A stretch of 64,000 bases of DNA from Bacteriovoracaceae bacterium (GCA_947447665.1 CANFJX010000008.1:69149-133148); one strand, 5' to 3'; numbered from the stretch's first letter, positions 50,510-59,115 are shown. Numbers and translations: made by a program. Notes: generated from the letters alone by a model not told the origin.

Positions 50510-50837
50510 AAACTCGCTTCTCCTTCTGATTTGCCGGTCTTGAACTGATCGGACGAACCCGACCCTCACGCAGAGTAAAAACCACAGAAATGAACTTTCC
50601 CGAAAGTGACGGCCCGACCACACAAAGGCGCTCTTCATCTACTGCAGGGGTTACCTGTCGTCCAAGAGGTACTGCCATGCGAAGACTGAAGACAGACTCC
50701 ACCTCGTCACAGCCGACTCCATGCTTCGTCTTGCGCTTCGTAGAGTTACCCACATCCCATTCAAATTCGAACGACTCGCTTTGTAGATACCAGTAAGCTA
50801 ACCAGAGAATAAATTTGAACTGGCCCATATATAACAC
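50472..50837 (-). CDS. brnT: BrnT-type toxin (DUF497, RelE-fold ribonuclease)
   Basis: FEFEWDVGNSTKRKTKHGVGCDEVESVF matches the BrnT FEWDxxKxxxNxxKHGVxFxEA signature. The real start may be internal (near MGQFKF). Confidence 0.7.
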   Translation of the reverse strand: MLYMGQFKFILWLAYWYLQSESFEFEWDVGNSTKRKTKHGVGCDEVESVFSLRMAVPLGRQVTPAVDEERLCVVGPSLSGKFISVVFTLREGRVRPISSRPANQKEKRVYEEVRKTLEGIR

Positions 50838-50847
50838 TATAGTACAC

Positions 50848-50910
50848 TGGTCACCCCAATTTTTAGTTAAACCAAACCGGTGTCCTCCGGTTCTTCACGC
50901 TTCATGGTGG
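50848..50910. repeat. copy 2 of the 63-bp direct repeat (partial tRNA-His 3' end copy, att-like)
   Basis: Begins with tggtcacccca, identical to the tRNA 3' end. 3 mismatches versus copy 1. Confidence 0.6.
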
Positions 50911-51046
50911 CCCATTTAACGTTTTCTCGACCGGGGATATGTGCAGAGGCGACCACCAGTTCGGCTTGGGTTTTGCCAATCACAGCTTCAACCATTTTTC
51001 CTTTGCTGTGGTTGACGATCGTGGTGACAAACTGAGTTCTTCTCAC
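50867..51046 (-). CDS. small hypothetical protein, paralog of 49943-50155 (probable GTG start)
   Basis: Hand translation of the minus strand: (V)RRTQFVTTIVNHSKGKMVEAVIGKTQAELVVASAHIPGRENVKWATMKREEPEDTGLV*. Not in the ORF track under this frame/start. Confidence 0.3.
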   Translation of the reverse strand: MRRTQFVTTIVNHSKGKMVEAVIGKTQAELVVASAHIPGRENVKWATMKREEPEDTGLV

Positions 51047-51172
51047 TTCTTGTTTTTGCCATAAGCGTGCTCGTCGATACCAATTGCGGATGGCCAGGGA
51101 GCCCCTTCTTTTTCACGTCTGCCCTGTCGCAAGTTTTCGTAGTGAGCCTCATAGACAAAACGGGAAGAGACT

Positions 51173-52312
51173 CTAAAACCATTGCCCCGACCACAATCGG
51201 TCCAAAAAATCTCTCCACGGGTAGATCGTAATGCCATCGACTTTACGAACTTTTGGGTCTTGGGAAACTACAATGTAATTTTGGATCAATTCTTCTTCTT
51301 TTAATGCCTTTAATCCCTTGAGATGTTTTTCTTGAACCAAGCTAGTCGATTTGATTTCAATCGCAAGCACGTCCTGGACAATCAGATCAACCTCTTGGCT
51401 ATGAACACTCCGCCAATAAAATAATTCGAGATCTCTTCTCAAATAGGAGACGTAGGCGCGGACCTCGCAAATGATAAACTGTTCAAACGCCTTGCCAAAA
51501 AGCTCACTCCCCGGCAAGAGATCACGGCGTCGGGCCAAATAATTCGTCACCCCCAAATCGAAGAGATAAAATTTAGAGCGCGAGATCGCCTTGCGTTTTT
51601 TGGTTTTCCAGAATGAATGCAGTCTAAACCCAATCAGAGTGTCTTCCAAAATCTCTACGTAGTTGCCTACTGTTTTTGCTTTGACCTGTGCATCACTTGC
51701 AATGCCCTCGAGAGATAACTCTTCTCCCGACTGGAGCGCCGCCACCTCGAGGAACCTTGAAAATTGGTCCAATTTTCTAACTAAGGCTTCAGCCAGAATC
51801 TCTTCCTTGAGATAGATGCCTACATAGGCTTTTAAATCTTCTAAAAAATACTCAGACAAAAATACTTTCGGAATCCCACCCCGATTAACATATTGAGTCA
51901 GGTCAAAATTTGGAATTTCTCGATAAGTCAGAGGAAAAAGATTGGCCTCCCACACCCTCCCACCGAGGAGATTCGATTCGCTTTGCCGTTTTAACTTTCG
52001 AGCACTACTTCCAGTCAAGATAAACTTTAATCGTTGTCTTTCGATGAGCCGATGCACTGAGTCGAGCAAAACTGGAAGCTTCTGAATTTCATCCAAAACC
52101 ACGATACGGCCCGGCTCCGACAGGGCGAGCTCTTCTTCGAGTAAGGCCGGACGAGCCAGCAAACGAGAAAACGTACCCGGTTCTAACAAATCATAATAAA
52201 CCGTATTCTCGATGCCCTGCACGAGAGTCGATTTACCGGTCCCTCGGGGGCCGAAGAGAAAGAAACTGTTCTTTTCTATCAGGTTTTCTAGATTCAAAAT
52301 GCGAGTAAACAT
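51173..52312 (-). CDS. AAA-family ATPase with a C-terminal DUF4143-like domain
   Basis: Walker A (LFGPRGTGKST), Walker B (IVVLDEIQK), then a ~200-aa C-terminal domain as in AAA_14/DUF4143 ATP-binding proteins. Confidence 0.65.
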   Translation of the reverse strand: MFTRILNLENLIEKNSFFLFGPRGTGKSTLVQGIENTVYYDLLEPGTFSRLLARPALLEEELALSEPGRIVVLDEIQKLPVLLDSVHRLIERQRLKFILTGSSARKLKRQSESNLLGGRVWEANLFPLTYREIPNFDLTQYVNRGGIPKVFLSEYFLEDLKAYVGIYLKEEILAEALVRKLDQFSRFLEVAALQSGEELSLEGIASDAQVKAKTVGNYVEILEDTLIGFRLHSFWKTKKRKAISRSKFYLFDLGVTNYLARRRDLLPGSELFGKAFEQFIICEVRAYVSYLRRDLELFYWRSVHSQEVDLIVQDVLAIEIKSTSLVQEKHLKGLKALKEEELIQNYIVVSQDPKVRKVDGITIYPWRDFLDRLWSGQWF

Positions 52313-52377
52313 ACCTTTTATTAGAACCTAAGTTTCCAAAAAAATCCACAAATAGAAATAGAGTTTCCTGTAACAGG

Positions 52378-52496
52378 AGATTTTGGGGGGATTTTGGGGG
52401 CGATTTTGGGGACGGAGTAGGGATTTCCGTCTTAAATTCAGCCGCTTAGGTGAACTCCGTCCCCATGTACATAGGTGAGCTCCGTCCCCATGTACA
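52378..52496. promoter_or_regulatory. iteron-like repeat cluster: 3x gattttgggg (11-bp period), then ggggacggag and two ctccgtccccatgtaca copies; the first is the inverse complement of the core of the last two
   Basis: Seen directly at 52378-52411, 52407-52416, 52455-52471 and 52480-52496. Immediately upstream of the AAA ATPase start. Confidence 0.35.
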
Positions 52497-52510
52497 GATA
52501 ACGAGCGTGT

Positions 52511-52864
52511 TCATAGTACGGTGTTCTTCCAAGGCCCCGCATTATACACGTTACTAAAGCCTTTTCGCTTTAATAAGGCTAAAGCCATTCCGCTGCGCGT
52601 CCCAGATGCACAGCAGAGGACGATAGGTTTTTTACGATCAAGTCGATCCACTTCTCGCTCCAGCGCATCTAAAGGAATATTGAGACTTCCCTCACGGGCG
52701 CCGCTAGAGAACTCGCCTTGACTGCGAACGTCTACTACCACTGCCCCTTGCGCAAGAAGAGACGGAAGTTGTTTGCGCACCCAGCGAAACCTAAGAACGC
52801 GCCAGACGACGAGCCCAACCAGAACGGCAGGGATTAGATAGGTTTGTAGGTTTTCAAAATCCAT
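52511..52864 (-). CDS. rhodanese-domain protein with an N-terminal membrane anchor
   Basis: VVVDVRSQGEFSSG...IVLCCASGTRS is the rhodanese active-site loop (CxxGxR). Hydrophobic N-terminus. Confidence 0.7.
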   Translation of the reverse strand: MDFENLQTYLIPAVLVGLVVWRVLRFRWVRKQLPSLLAQGAVVVDVRSQGEFSSGAREGSLNIPLDALEREVDRLDRKKPIVLCCASGTRSGMALALLKRKGFSNVYNAGPWKNTVL

Positions 52865-52877
52865 AACTTGGCTCCCT

Positions 52878-53486
52878 TTATTTTACTTTCCTACAGATTA
52901 CTTGTGTTACGGCACTCAATCCAAAATGGCCTTTGCCCTCTTGAATCTCTCTTTCGATTTCATGGGCTACGACAAATGCTAGCCCTGAGAGTTCTTCGTG
53001 CAAGTCATGAAGGGTCATCATAAGACTTGAGTCCGAAGGTCCTCCCGTTTTAAGCCCCAGCTGCCTAGGGTGATAGGATTCCAAAAGCAAAACTCCCCCA
53101 GGACGGAGTCCCTCTAAGACAGCGCGATGAAGTTTCTTTCTCAGCTCCTTGGGGACGTGGCACCAAATGGAGATGATTCCATCCCATTTTCCAGGCTCTA
53201 TTTGGTAATCACCAAGGTCACTCACGATCGAAGCTACAGATACCCCCTTCATTTTCGCTAGCCGATCCATCTTATTCAAGCCGACTGCCGACCCATCGAC
53301 TGCTGTCACTTTAAGACCCAGGCCCGCAAGAAAGACTGCATTGCGACCTTCACCCTCGGCTAAACACAACACCTCTCCAACATTAGGGATCAGATTTGCG
53401 TTTGCCTTTAAAAAATCGTTAGGCTCAGTCCCATAATAAAATTCATCCGTACTGTATCTGGTGTCCCAGGTATTCATTGTTGCCAT
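52878..53486 (-). CDS. class I SAM-dependent methyltransferase (TehB-like small MTase)
   Basis: EVLCLAEGEGRNAVFLA (motif I), VDGSAVGL and VLLLESYHP segments. 202 aa. Confidence 0.7.
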   Translation of the reverse strand: MATMNTWDTRYSTDEFYYGTEPNDFLKANANLIPNVGEVLCLAEGEGRNAVFLAGLGLKVTAVDGSAVGLNKMDRLAKMKGVSVASIVSDLGDYQIEPGKWDGIISIWCHVPKELRKKLHRAVLEGLRPGGVLLLESYHPRQLGLKTGGPSDSSLMMTLHDLHEELSGLAFVVAHEIEREIQEGKGHFGLSAVTQVICRKVK

Positions 53487-53900
53487 TGAGTTACGGCCTA
53501 CTCTCTGGAAGAATGAAGCTCATTTTTTCGACCCAAGCGAATTGAAATTTCATAAACATCTCGTTTATATTTTATTTATTATTAATACAAATAAAGAGGT
53601 CATTCCTATATTTTCTCAACAGTAAATCTCTTTCAGAGCCCGCAGGAGTTTGACGATTTTTTGTCGCGTATTCCGTAATAAACATGTGCTCCGTCCCTCC
53701 TAGTGACAGGGTGAGAGAGAGATTTTAGAACCTGACTCACTTCGTCGCATTTTTCCAGTATAGCTTTCGATACATTGCTTTTCATAGGCCAAATGACCTC
53801 AGGAGGTCATCCTAGGTCAATTATCCTATAAGGATCCATTTCATATTATATTATGCTAATACGTTAGGAATTCAGAGGCTGTACGGAGCACCTCTGCTTT

Positions 53901-54248
53901 TCAAGCAATCTTCAACGTCAACATAGGCTTAATCATCTGCAGGAATGTAATCAACCGATCCAAGGTAAACTTCTGAATTCTATAATGAATAATTTCACTA
54001 ACACGAGTCTCCGAAGTGCCCAACACCTCCGCAAGTTCTCGTTGAGTCATCTTCTTCTTCTTCATAAAAACAAGAATCTGCTCACAAACATCATATTTAG
54101 CGCGGTCTAAGGGAGAGGCATCGGGAGACAAACCTTCGGACCCCTTCACACATGCCATCTTTTTCCGAATTAATTTTAATTCCTGTTCACTAGGAAACTT
54201 TGCCACGAGACCTCCTAAAAGCATTAATAATAACGATATAATCTTCAT
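53901..54248 (-). CDS. XRE-family HTH protein, HigA-type antitoxin
   Basis: MTQRELAEVLGTSETRVSEIIHYRIQKFTLDRLITFLQMI is a Cro/C1-type HTH typical of HigA antidotes. The start may be the internal MACVKG. Confidence 0.65.
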   Translation of the reverse strand: MKIISLLLMLLGGLVAKFPSEQELKLIRKKMACVKGSEGLSPDASPLDRAKYDVCEQILVFMKKKKMTQRELAEVLGTSETRVSEIIHYRIQKFTLDRLITFLQMIKPMLTLKIA

Positions 54249-54426
54249 CGGGATGCAAACACCAAACTAAACGATAGGGCTTCTGGCCAAAATAAAGTGG
54301 ATCATTTACAAAAATCTACCATCCTTCACCTGAAATCGAATCTGCCCCAAAGGTTCTGCCGTTCAACCCTTTCACCAACTCAAGAATCAACGAGTCATTC
54401 ATAGAATCTAAAATGATTAATCTCAT
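54190..54426 (-). pseudogene. RelE/ParE/HigB-like toxin gene interrupted by an in-frame TAG
   Basis: Hand translation: MRLIILDSMNDSLILELVKGLNGRTFGADSISGEGW*IFVNDPLYFGQKPYRLVWCLHPDEDYIVIINAFRRSRGKVS*. Toxin-like size and a Y-R-L-V...D...I...I C-terminal pattern. Immediately upstream of and overlapping the XRE gene. Confidence 0.3.
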
Positions 54427-54519
54427 AATGACTGTCAATGAGCACTCGATTGACTAGTTTTCCGTTGATCGTTAACCTTAGCAGGTAGTCTCGCCGCATA
54501 TACACTCTAGCCTACTCTA

Positions 54520-54539
54520 ACTTACGTTTAAACGTAAGT
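54520..54539. terminator. perfect 20-bp palindrome acttacgtttaaacgtaagt followed by a T-run (orphan terminator-like hairpin or binding site)
   Basis: Reverse complement equals itself. Followed by atattttttat. No plus-strand ORF of 60 aa or more precedes it. Confidence 0.3.
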
Positions 54540-54744
54540 ATATTTTTTATCCTGTTTTACATGACTTCGCCTATACCGAGCCGAATCATACCCGGAACAG
54601 CCCCCATGGGCCACACCAGGACCGCCCCAATCCGACCACGCCTGCTTCATGGCCGTCTATTGAAATTAAGAATCTGAATCACGGTCTTCCCATACCAAAG
54701 TCCCCCATTCTTGGTCGTCCCAGGCGACTATTTATAAAACAGCT

Positions 54745-55464
54745 CTAGGATTTGAGCTGGGACCGAAGGTGCTCTTGCGGCAGTCGAAACCAGGGTAACC
54801 CCGGTTTGAGATGGTGCAGATGATGGTACGCTCCGAAGTGATAACAGCTTACCAACGAGCTCCAGTAGGGCTGGACTGTATTGCGAGCATGGTGCTGGTC
54901 TTGAAAGGGTCGATTGCGTGAGTGGTGCGGGAGATAGGTTCCGAAGTAAAAGAGCTGGATTGCGCTTAAAAAGCTGGGGACCGCCCAAAACAACAGAACG
55001 TTAGGTTCTCTGAAGTGAAAGCCATGCATCAGAATTTGTGAGGCGATGGTCATCCATAAAAGCTGAGGGAGGCTCAGATAATGAGAAAAAAACCGGAGCA
55101 TCCAACTCAAGAATCCGGGTGAGTGACCCTGCTCGACTGAGTGAAAATCAGGGTCATTTTCAGAACCAACAAAGGCGTGGTGGTCGCTATGTTTGAGGAT
55201 AATGGAATCAAAGAGTAACCCGGCGTAGAGACCGGCTGCAATTCGACCGATCCACCGATTGACTCGAGGATAGTTCGGTGCCGCCGAACCATGACAAGCA
55301 TCGTGACTTGTGACAAAAAGCCCAACGCTTAGAAACTGTATCCAAGCGAACCATCCGAGGTTTCTAAAAAAATCAAAAGCAGAATAAATTTCCAAGTGAG
55401 TAAGCACATAGCTGACACTAAAAATCCAAGTAAGAATGATGCCAACTCCCATGAAAAGCGCCAT
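54745..55464 (-). CDS. crtW: beta-carotene 4-ketolase CrtW
   Basis: 239 aa. His boxes HDACHG, HSDHH, HHLHH, plus LYAG, NDPDF, SAIQLFYFGTYLPH and CYHFGAYHHLHHL...PWFRLP. Collinear with my recollection of Paracoccus/Brevundimonas CrtW. Confidence 0.8.
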   Translation of the reverse strand: MALFMGVGIILTWIFSVSYVLTHLEIYSAFDFFRNLGWFAWIQFLSVGLFVTSHDACHGSAAPNYPRVNRWIGRIAAGLYAGLLFDSIILKHSDHHAFVGSENDPDFHSVEQGHSPGFLSWMLRFFSHYLSLPQLLWMTIASQILMHGFHFREPNVLLFWAVPSFLSAIQLFYFGTYLPHHSRNRPFQDQHHARNTVQPYWSSLVSCYHFGAYHHLHHLKPGLPWFRLPQEHLRSQLKS

Positions 55465-55606
55465 AGACTCCTGAAGTTACCAAATAGGTCACAAAAATCC
55501 AGGCATTCCTGCCTTACACCTATCCCTCGGTTGCAGCACCTGGAGTATCAAGGAAATCGGAATTTTAATTGAAACAAGTAGTCGCAGCAGATACTATTCG
55601 GGAATC

Positions 55607-56404
55607 ATGATTTTGCTCGTTTTTATTAATTTAATTTCTATTTTTGGCTTCGCAACCTTTGGAATGCATCCAGAACTATTGGTCCGGTTTGAGTGGGCGC
55701 CGCCGATTTTTGCTGCATCCTATTCATTTTTTGCCCAGCTTCAGATCGCGGTTGGATTTGGAATTATGGCTTACGAATGCCAAAGGGCCTTTAAATCGCG
55801 TTGGATCAGATATTTGCTAGCTGCATCAGTCATTAGCTTTGTCATGGAATTTCTAGGGACAACTTTTGGGGTACCTTTTGGAAAATACTCCTACACTGCA
55901 CTTTTAGGATGGAAGATAGCAGGTCAGGTGCCATTACTGATTCCGCTGAGTTGGTTTTTTATGTCCCTTCCCAGCCTCTGGATTGCTGAACGTTTGCTCG
56001 GGGCCTATGGATCACCCTGGAGACGAGTTTTCCTGGGCTCACTCCTGCTCATGACCTGGGACTTCACTCTTGATCCTGCCATGAGTCACCTGACGCCATT
56101 TTGGCTCTGGGAAAGTTCGGGCTCAACCCTGCTCAATATGCCGATTTGGAATCTGGGAGGATGGTTTTTTACAGGGCTTCTCATTCTCTCGGCCTTTGAG
56201 CTTCTTGGATTTCCACGATCCCAACGTTGGTCAGACTCCCTCTTCCCTCTGAAGTTCTATTTCGCAAATCTTCTTCTCCCACTCGGTCTGGCTTTGGTAG
56301 CCCAGCTTTGGGTTTCGATTTTTGTCACTCTCGCAGTGATTCTGGGTTGCTACGGTCTTGCGCAGTTAACCAAAGAGAGCAGGCCCCTGCGGACGCCCTC
56401 ATGA
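55607..56404 (+). CDS. carotenoid biosynthesis membrane protein of the CruF family (carotenoid 1',2'-hydratase-like, Caroten_synth/DUF422)
   Basis: 7-TM, 265 aa. EFLGTTFGVPFGKYSYT matches the E.LGT.TG.PFG.Y.Y motif I recall for this family. Stop overlaps the next start (ATGA). Confidence 0.5.
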   Translation: MILLVFINLISIFGFATFGMHPELLVRFEWAPPIFAASYSFFAQLQIAVGFGIMAYECQRAFKSRWIRYLLAASVISFVMEFLGTTFGVPFGKYSYTALLGWKIAGQVPLLIPLSWFFMSLPSLWIAERLLGAYGSPWRRVFLGSLLLMTWDFTLDPAMSHLTPFWLWESSGSTLLNMPIWNLGGWFFTGLLILSAFELLGFPRSQRWSDSLFPLKFYFANLLLPLGLALVAQLWVSIFVTLAVILGCYGLAQLTKESRPLRTPS

Positions 56405-57075
56405 GGGGACAATACTCTGCCCGCTTTCGGAGGCTGTTTGATTTCTATCTCCAGCTCAAACTCAGGAGTGGCTTTGAGAAAGTGATCTTTGAGCTTGGGC
56501 AGATCCAAAATCAACTGAACCCTTCAGTACCCGTCCTATTCGTCTCCAATCATATGAGCTGGTGGGATGGTTTTTTTCTTTTAGAGCTCCAAAAAAAACT
56601 GACTCCAAATTTCAGCCACTTCACATTGATGCTGGAAAGTGAACTTACTCAATTCCCTTTTTTGCGCAAACTAGGGGCAGTCGGTTTGGTCCCCCATGAT
56701 CCATTCAGCGTGGCTCGGTCATTTTTGGAGCTTCGCCGCCTTCGCCGATCTTTGGGAGCCTTGAGTATTGGATTTTTCCCTCAAGGCGAGATCAGGCCTC
56801 AACAGTACCGGCCCCTCGGATTTCAAAAAGGGCTTGATCCTCTCATTCGCCTTCTCCATCCAATTCAGGTCGTACCGGTAGCTCTACACATCGAGCCCAT
56901 GCAAACGCCCAAGCCATCTGCCTGGATTCGGACCGGACGAATCAGGAGAAGTGACCAGGAAGCGATTCGAACTGATGACTTGGAGGACGAGATTCTCCAG
57001 TTACTAAAGATCTCCGCTCTTGATAAATCCTTGGAGCTCCTCCGTGGACCAATCGCTCAGGAGAGATCCGTTTGA
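56401..57075 (+). CDS. lysophospholipid-acyltransferase-family acyltransferase (CruD-like carotenoid glycoside acyltransferase candidate)
   Basis: NHMSWWDG is the PlsC-type HxxxxD catalytic motif. Translationally coupled on both sides. Confidence 0.6.
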   Translation: MRGQYSARFRRLFDFYLQLKLRSGFEKVIFELGQIQNQLNPSVPVLFVSNHMSWWDGFFLLELQKKLTPNFSHFTLMLESELTQFPFLRKLGAVGLVPHDPFSVARSFLELRRLRRSLGALSIGFFPQGEIRPQQYRPLGFQKGLDPLIRLLHPIQVVPVALHIEPMQTPKPSAWIRTGRIRRSDQEAIRTDDLEDEILQLLKISALDKSLELLRGPIAQERSV

Positions 57076-58208
57076 TTTCGCTGATCGCGATCATTTTCTT
57101 GATCCTTCTTTGCAGCATGGGCGTGTTCAATTATTTTACTGCAAAGCGACTCGAGGACTTCGATGGGTGCCCACCGACTGCTTCTGAAACCGTGAGCATC
57201 CTGATTCCTGCTCGAAATGAAGAGCAAAATCTCACAAAAATCTTGAATAGTCTCGCTCACTCCTCATTCCACCCCAAAGAGATTTTAGTTCTCGACGACC
57301 AGTCTGAGGATCGCACCTACGAGGTCGCGCAAACCCTACTAGCAGCGGGAAGTATCCCGTTTCAGGTCATCCGGGGCAAAGCCTGGAGCTTATCCTCCGG
57401 AATGACTGGCAAAAATCACGCCTGCCAGCAGCTTGCAGAACTTGCGAGTGGAGATGTTCTTTTATTTTGTGACGCAGACGTAGTTGCCAGCCGGGAAGCC
57501 GTGGGCAGAACGCTTTCGATCTTGAATCACTACCCCGAGGTCAGCGGTGTCACCGGGTTTCCTAGTCAAGATACGATCGGCATTCGTGAGCAACTCGTAA
57601 TTCCTTGGATTGTTCAAATTCCCATTTTTTTATCAGTTCCCTTGGCCTTTTCTTGGCGAACTCGGTTTGCGTCCCTACAAATCGGGAACGGGCAGTGGAT
57701 CGCCATTCGCAAAAAGGCTTATGAAAAATTAGGGGGGCACGGCGCCTTAGGGCGAGAAGTCTTGGACGATGTAGCCCTCGCTCGTAAGTTCACTCAAATG
57801 AGGCAACCTCCGATCATTCCAGTTCTTGCCGCGCAAGACCTTCGAGTCACGATGTATTCGAGCTGGGACCACCTGGTGGAGGGGTTCTCTAAGAATGTGA
57901 TTCCACTCTTTGGAGGCACCATTCCAAGATTTATCGCCTTAATCGTTTGGGTAAATTTCTTGTTTTTTTCGCCTCTCTGGCTCCTTGCTTTTCGCTGGCA
58001 GTGGGCTCTACTGAGCTTATTTTTAATCCTGGCCTGCCGGATCATCACCGCTCGAGCCTTCAAAAATCCTACCTGGGCTGCGCTGAGTCACTTTAAATCG
58101 CTCCTCTATTTAGACTTTTTGGTTACACTTGTGATTCGTCACAACTTAACTCAGCCGATCCGATGGAAAGGGCGCCAGTTAAAATCAGCAACCGATGAAA
58201 CTACTTAA
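57072..58208 (+). CDS. GT2 glycosyltransferase with an N-terminal TM (CruC-like carotenoid glycosyltransferase candidate)
   Basis: SILIPARNEEQN, VLDDQSEDRT and FCDADV (DxD). TTG start overlapping the upstream stop. Confidence 0.6.
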   Translation: MISLIAIIFLILLCSMGVFNYFTAKRLEDFDGCPPTASETVSILIPARNEEQNLTKILNSLAHSSFHPKEILVLDDQSEDRTYEVAQTLLAAGSIPFQVIRGKAWSLSSGMTGKNHACQQLAELASGDVLLFCDADVVASREAVGRTLSILNHYPEVSGVTGFPSQDTIGIREQLVIPWIVQIPIFLSVPLAFSWRTRFASLQIGNGQWIAIRKKAYEKLGGHGALGREVLDDVALARKFTQMRQPPIIPVLAAQDLRVTMYSSWDHLVEGFSKNVIPLFGGTIPRFIALIVWVNFLFFSPLWLLAFRWQWALLSLFLILACRIITARAFKNPTWAALSHFKSLLYLDFLVTLVIRHNLTQPIRWKGRQLKSATDETT

Positions 58209-59058
58209 ATCGAGAATTCCTTTTATTTTTGCATCTGCCGCCACTCTTGGGATGAGTGGCAATTCTCAATATGTCATTCCATTAATCGGGCTTGCTACGG
58301 TTGGAATTACCCACGGATCGGTAGATTATGAACTCGATCCATCCTCCAAGGATTCTCGACTCCTATTTTTTTCAGTTTATCTGATTGGAATGCTATCTTA
58401 TGGAGTGCTCTGGATAGCAAACCCAAGAGTCGCAATCATTGTTTTTATTATCTATTCTGCTAGTCATTTTGGTGAGTGCCAATGGAAGCAATCATACAGG
58501 AACACACCTAGAGATAACCTTCAAAGATCCATGGCATGGCTGTGGGGCCTTTTTGCAGCCGGTTTTTCGCCGCTTTACCACTGGGAAGAAACTCTACCCA
58601 TTCTTAACTTAATGATGGGTAGCGCTACCCGATTTTTGTGGTGGACGCCGGCAACCGCTCAGCTCCTCAGTTTTGCGCTCTTAGGAATGGCCTTAGTGGG
58701 TAGTCTGGCCTCGAAACCTCAGGAGGACTGGCTAGATGCCTTCACTTCATCCATTCTGCTCGCTTGGTTTTTGATTAAACTCCCGTTGCTTCCTGGATTT
58801 TTGTGCTTTTTTTCTTTTTGGCATTCATGGGACTCAATCTCCCACCAGATCCAAGCAAAAAACTGGAGTTTACTTGAATATTATAGAAAGGGATTCTTGC
58901 TGACGGTCGTCTCATGGATTGGAATTTTTAGTCTGATTTTTATACTAAATTACTTTGGCAAGTTAGCTAACTTCTGGTCTGCACTGTTTATGACCTTGGG
59001 TGCGCTCACAATTTCCCACTCACAAGCCATCAAACGCTTTTATGGAACGATCAAATAA
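58195..59058 (+). CDS. blh: Brp/Blh-family beta-carotene 15,15'-dioxygenase (retinal synthesis) candidate
   Basis: 287-aa polytopic membrane protein with four spaced His (ITHGSVDY, SASHFGE, WHSWDSISHQI). Sits next to the rhodopsin gene and is the last gene of the carotenoid operon. Confidence 0.5.
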   Translation: MKLLKSRIPFIFASAATLGMSGNSQYVIPLIGLATVGITHGSVDYELDPSSKDSRLLFFSVYLIGMLSYGVLWIANPRVAIIVFIIYSASHFGECQWKQSYRNTPRDNLQRSMAWLWGLFAAGFSPLYHWEETLPILNLMMGSATRFLWWTPATAQLLSFALLGMALVGSLASKPQEDWLDAFTSSILLAWFLIKLPLLPGFLCFFSFWHSWDSISHQIQAKNWSLLEYYRKGFLLTVVSWIGIFSLIFILNYFGKLANFWSALFMTLGALTISHSQAIKRFYGTIK

Positions 59059-59062
59059 AAAA

Positions 59063-59091
59063 GCCCGGCAAACTCATTGGGTCTGCCGGGC
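59063..59091. terminator. bidirectional rho-independent terminator hairpin between the convergent blh and rhodopsin genes
   Basis: gcccggca-N13-tgccgggc stem, flanked by aaaaaa upstream and tt downstream. Confidence 0.5.
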
Positions 59092-59115
59092 TTAAGACTT
59101 CTTGAACGAACTAAC

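Noticed and set aside
49924-50910. The 63-bp repeats considered as a possible CRISPR-like array or REP element
   Set aside because: There are only two copies, they are 860 bp apart, they include tRNA sequence and protein-coding sequence, and there are no intervening regular spacers. The att-site interpretation fits better.
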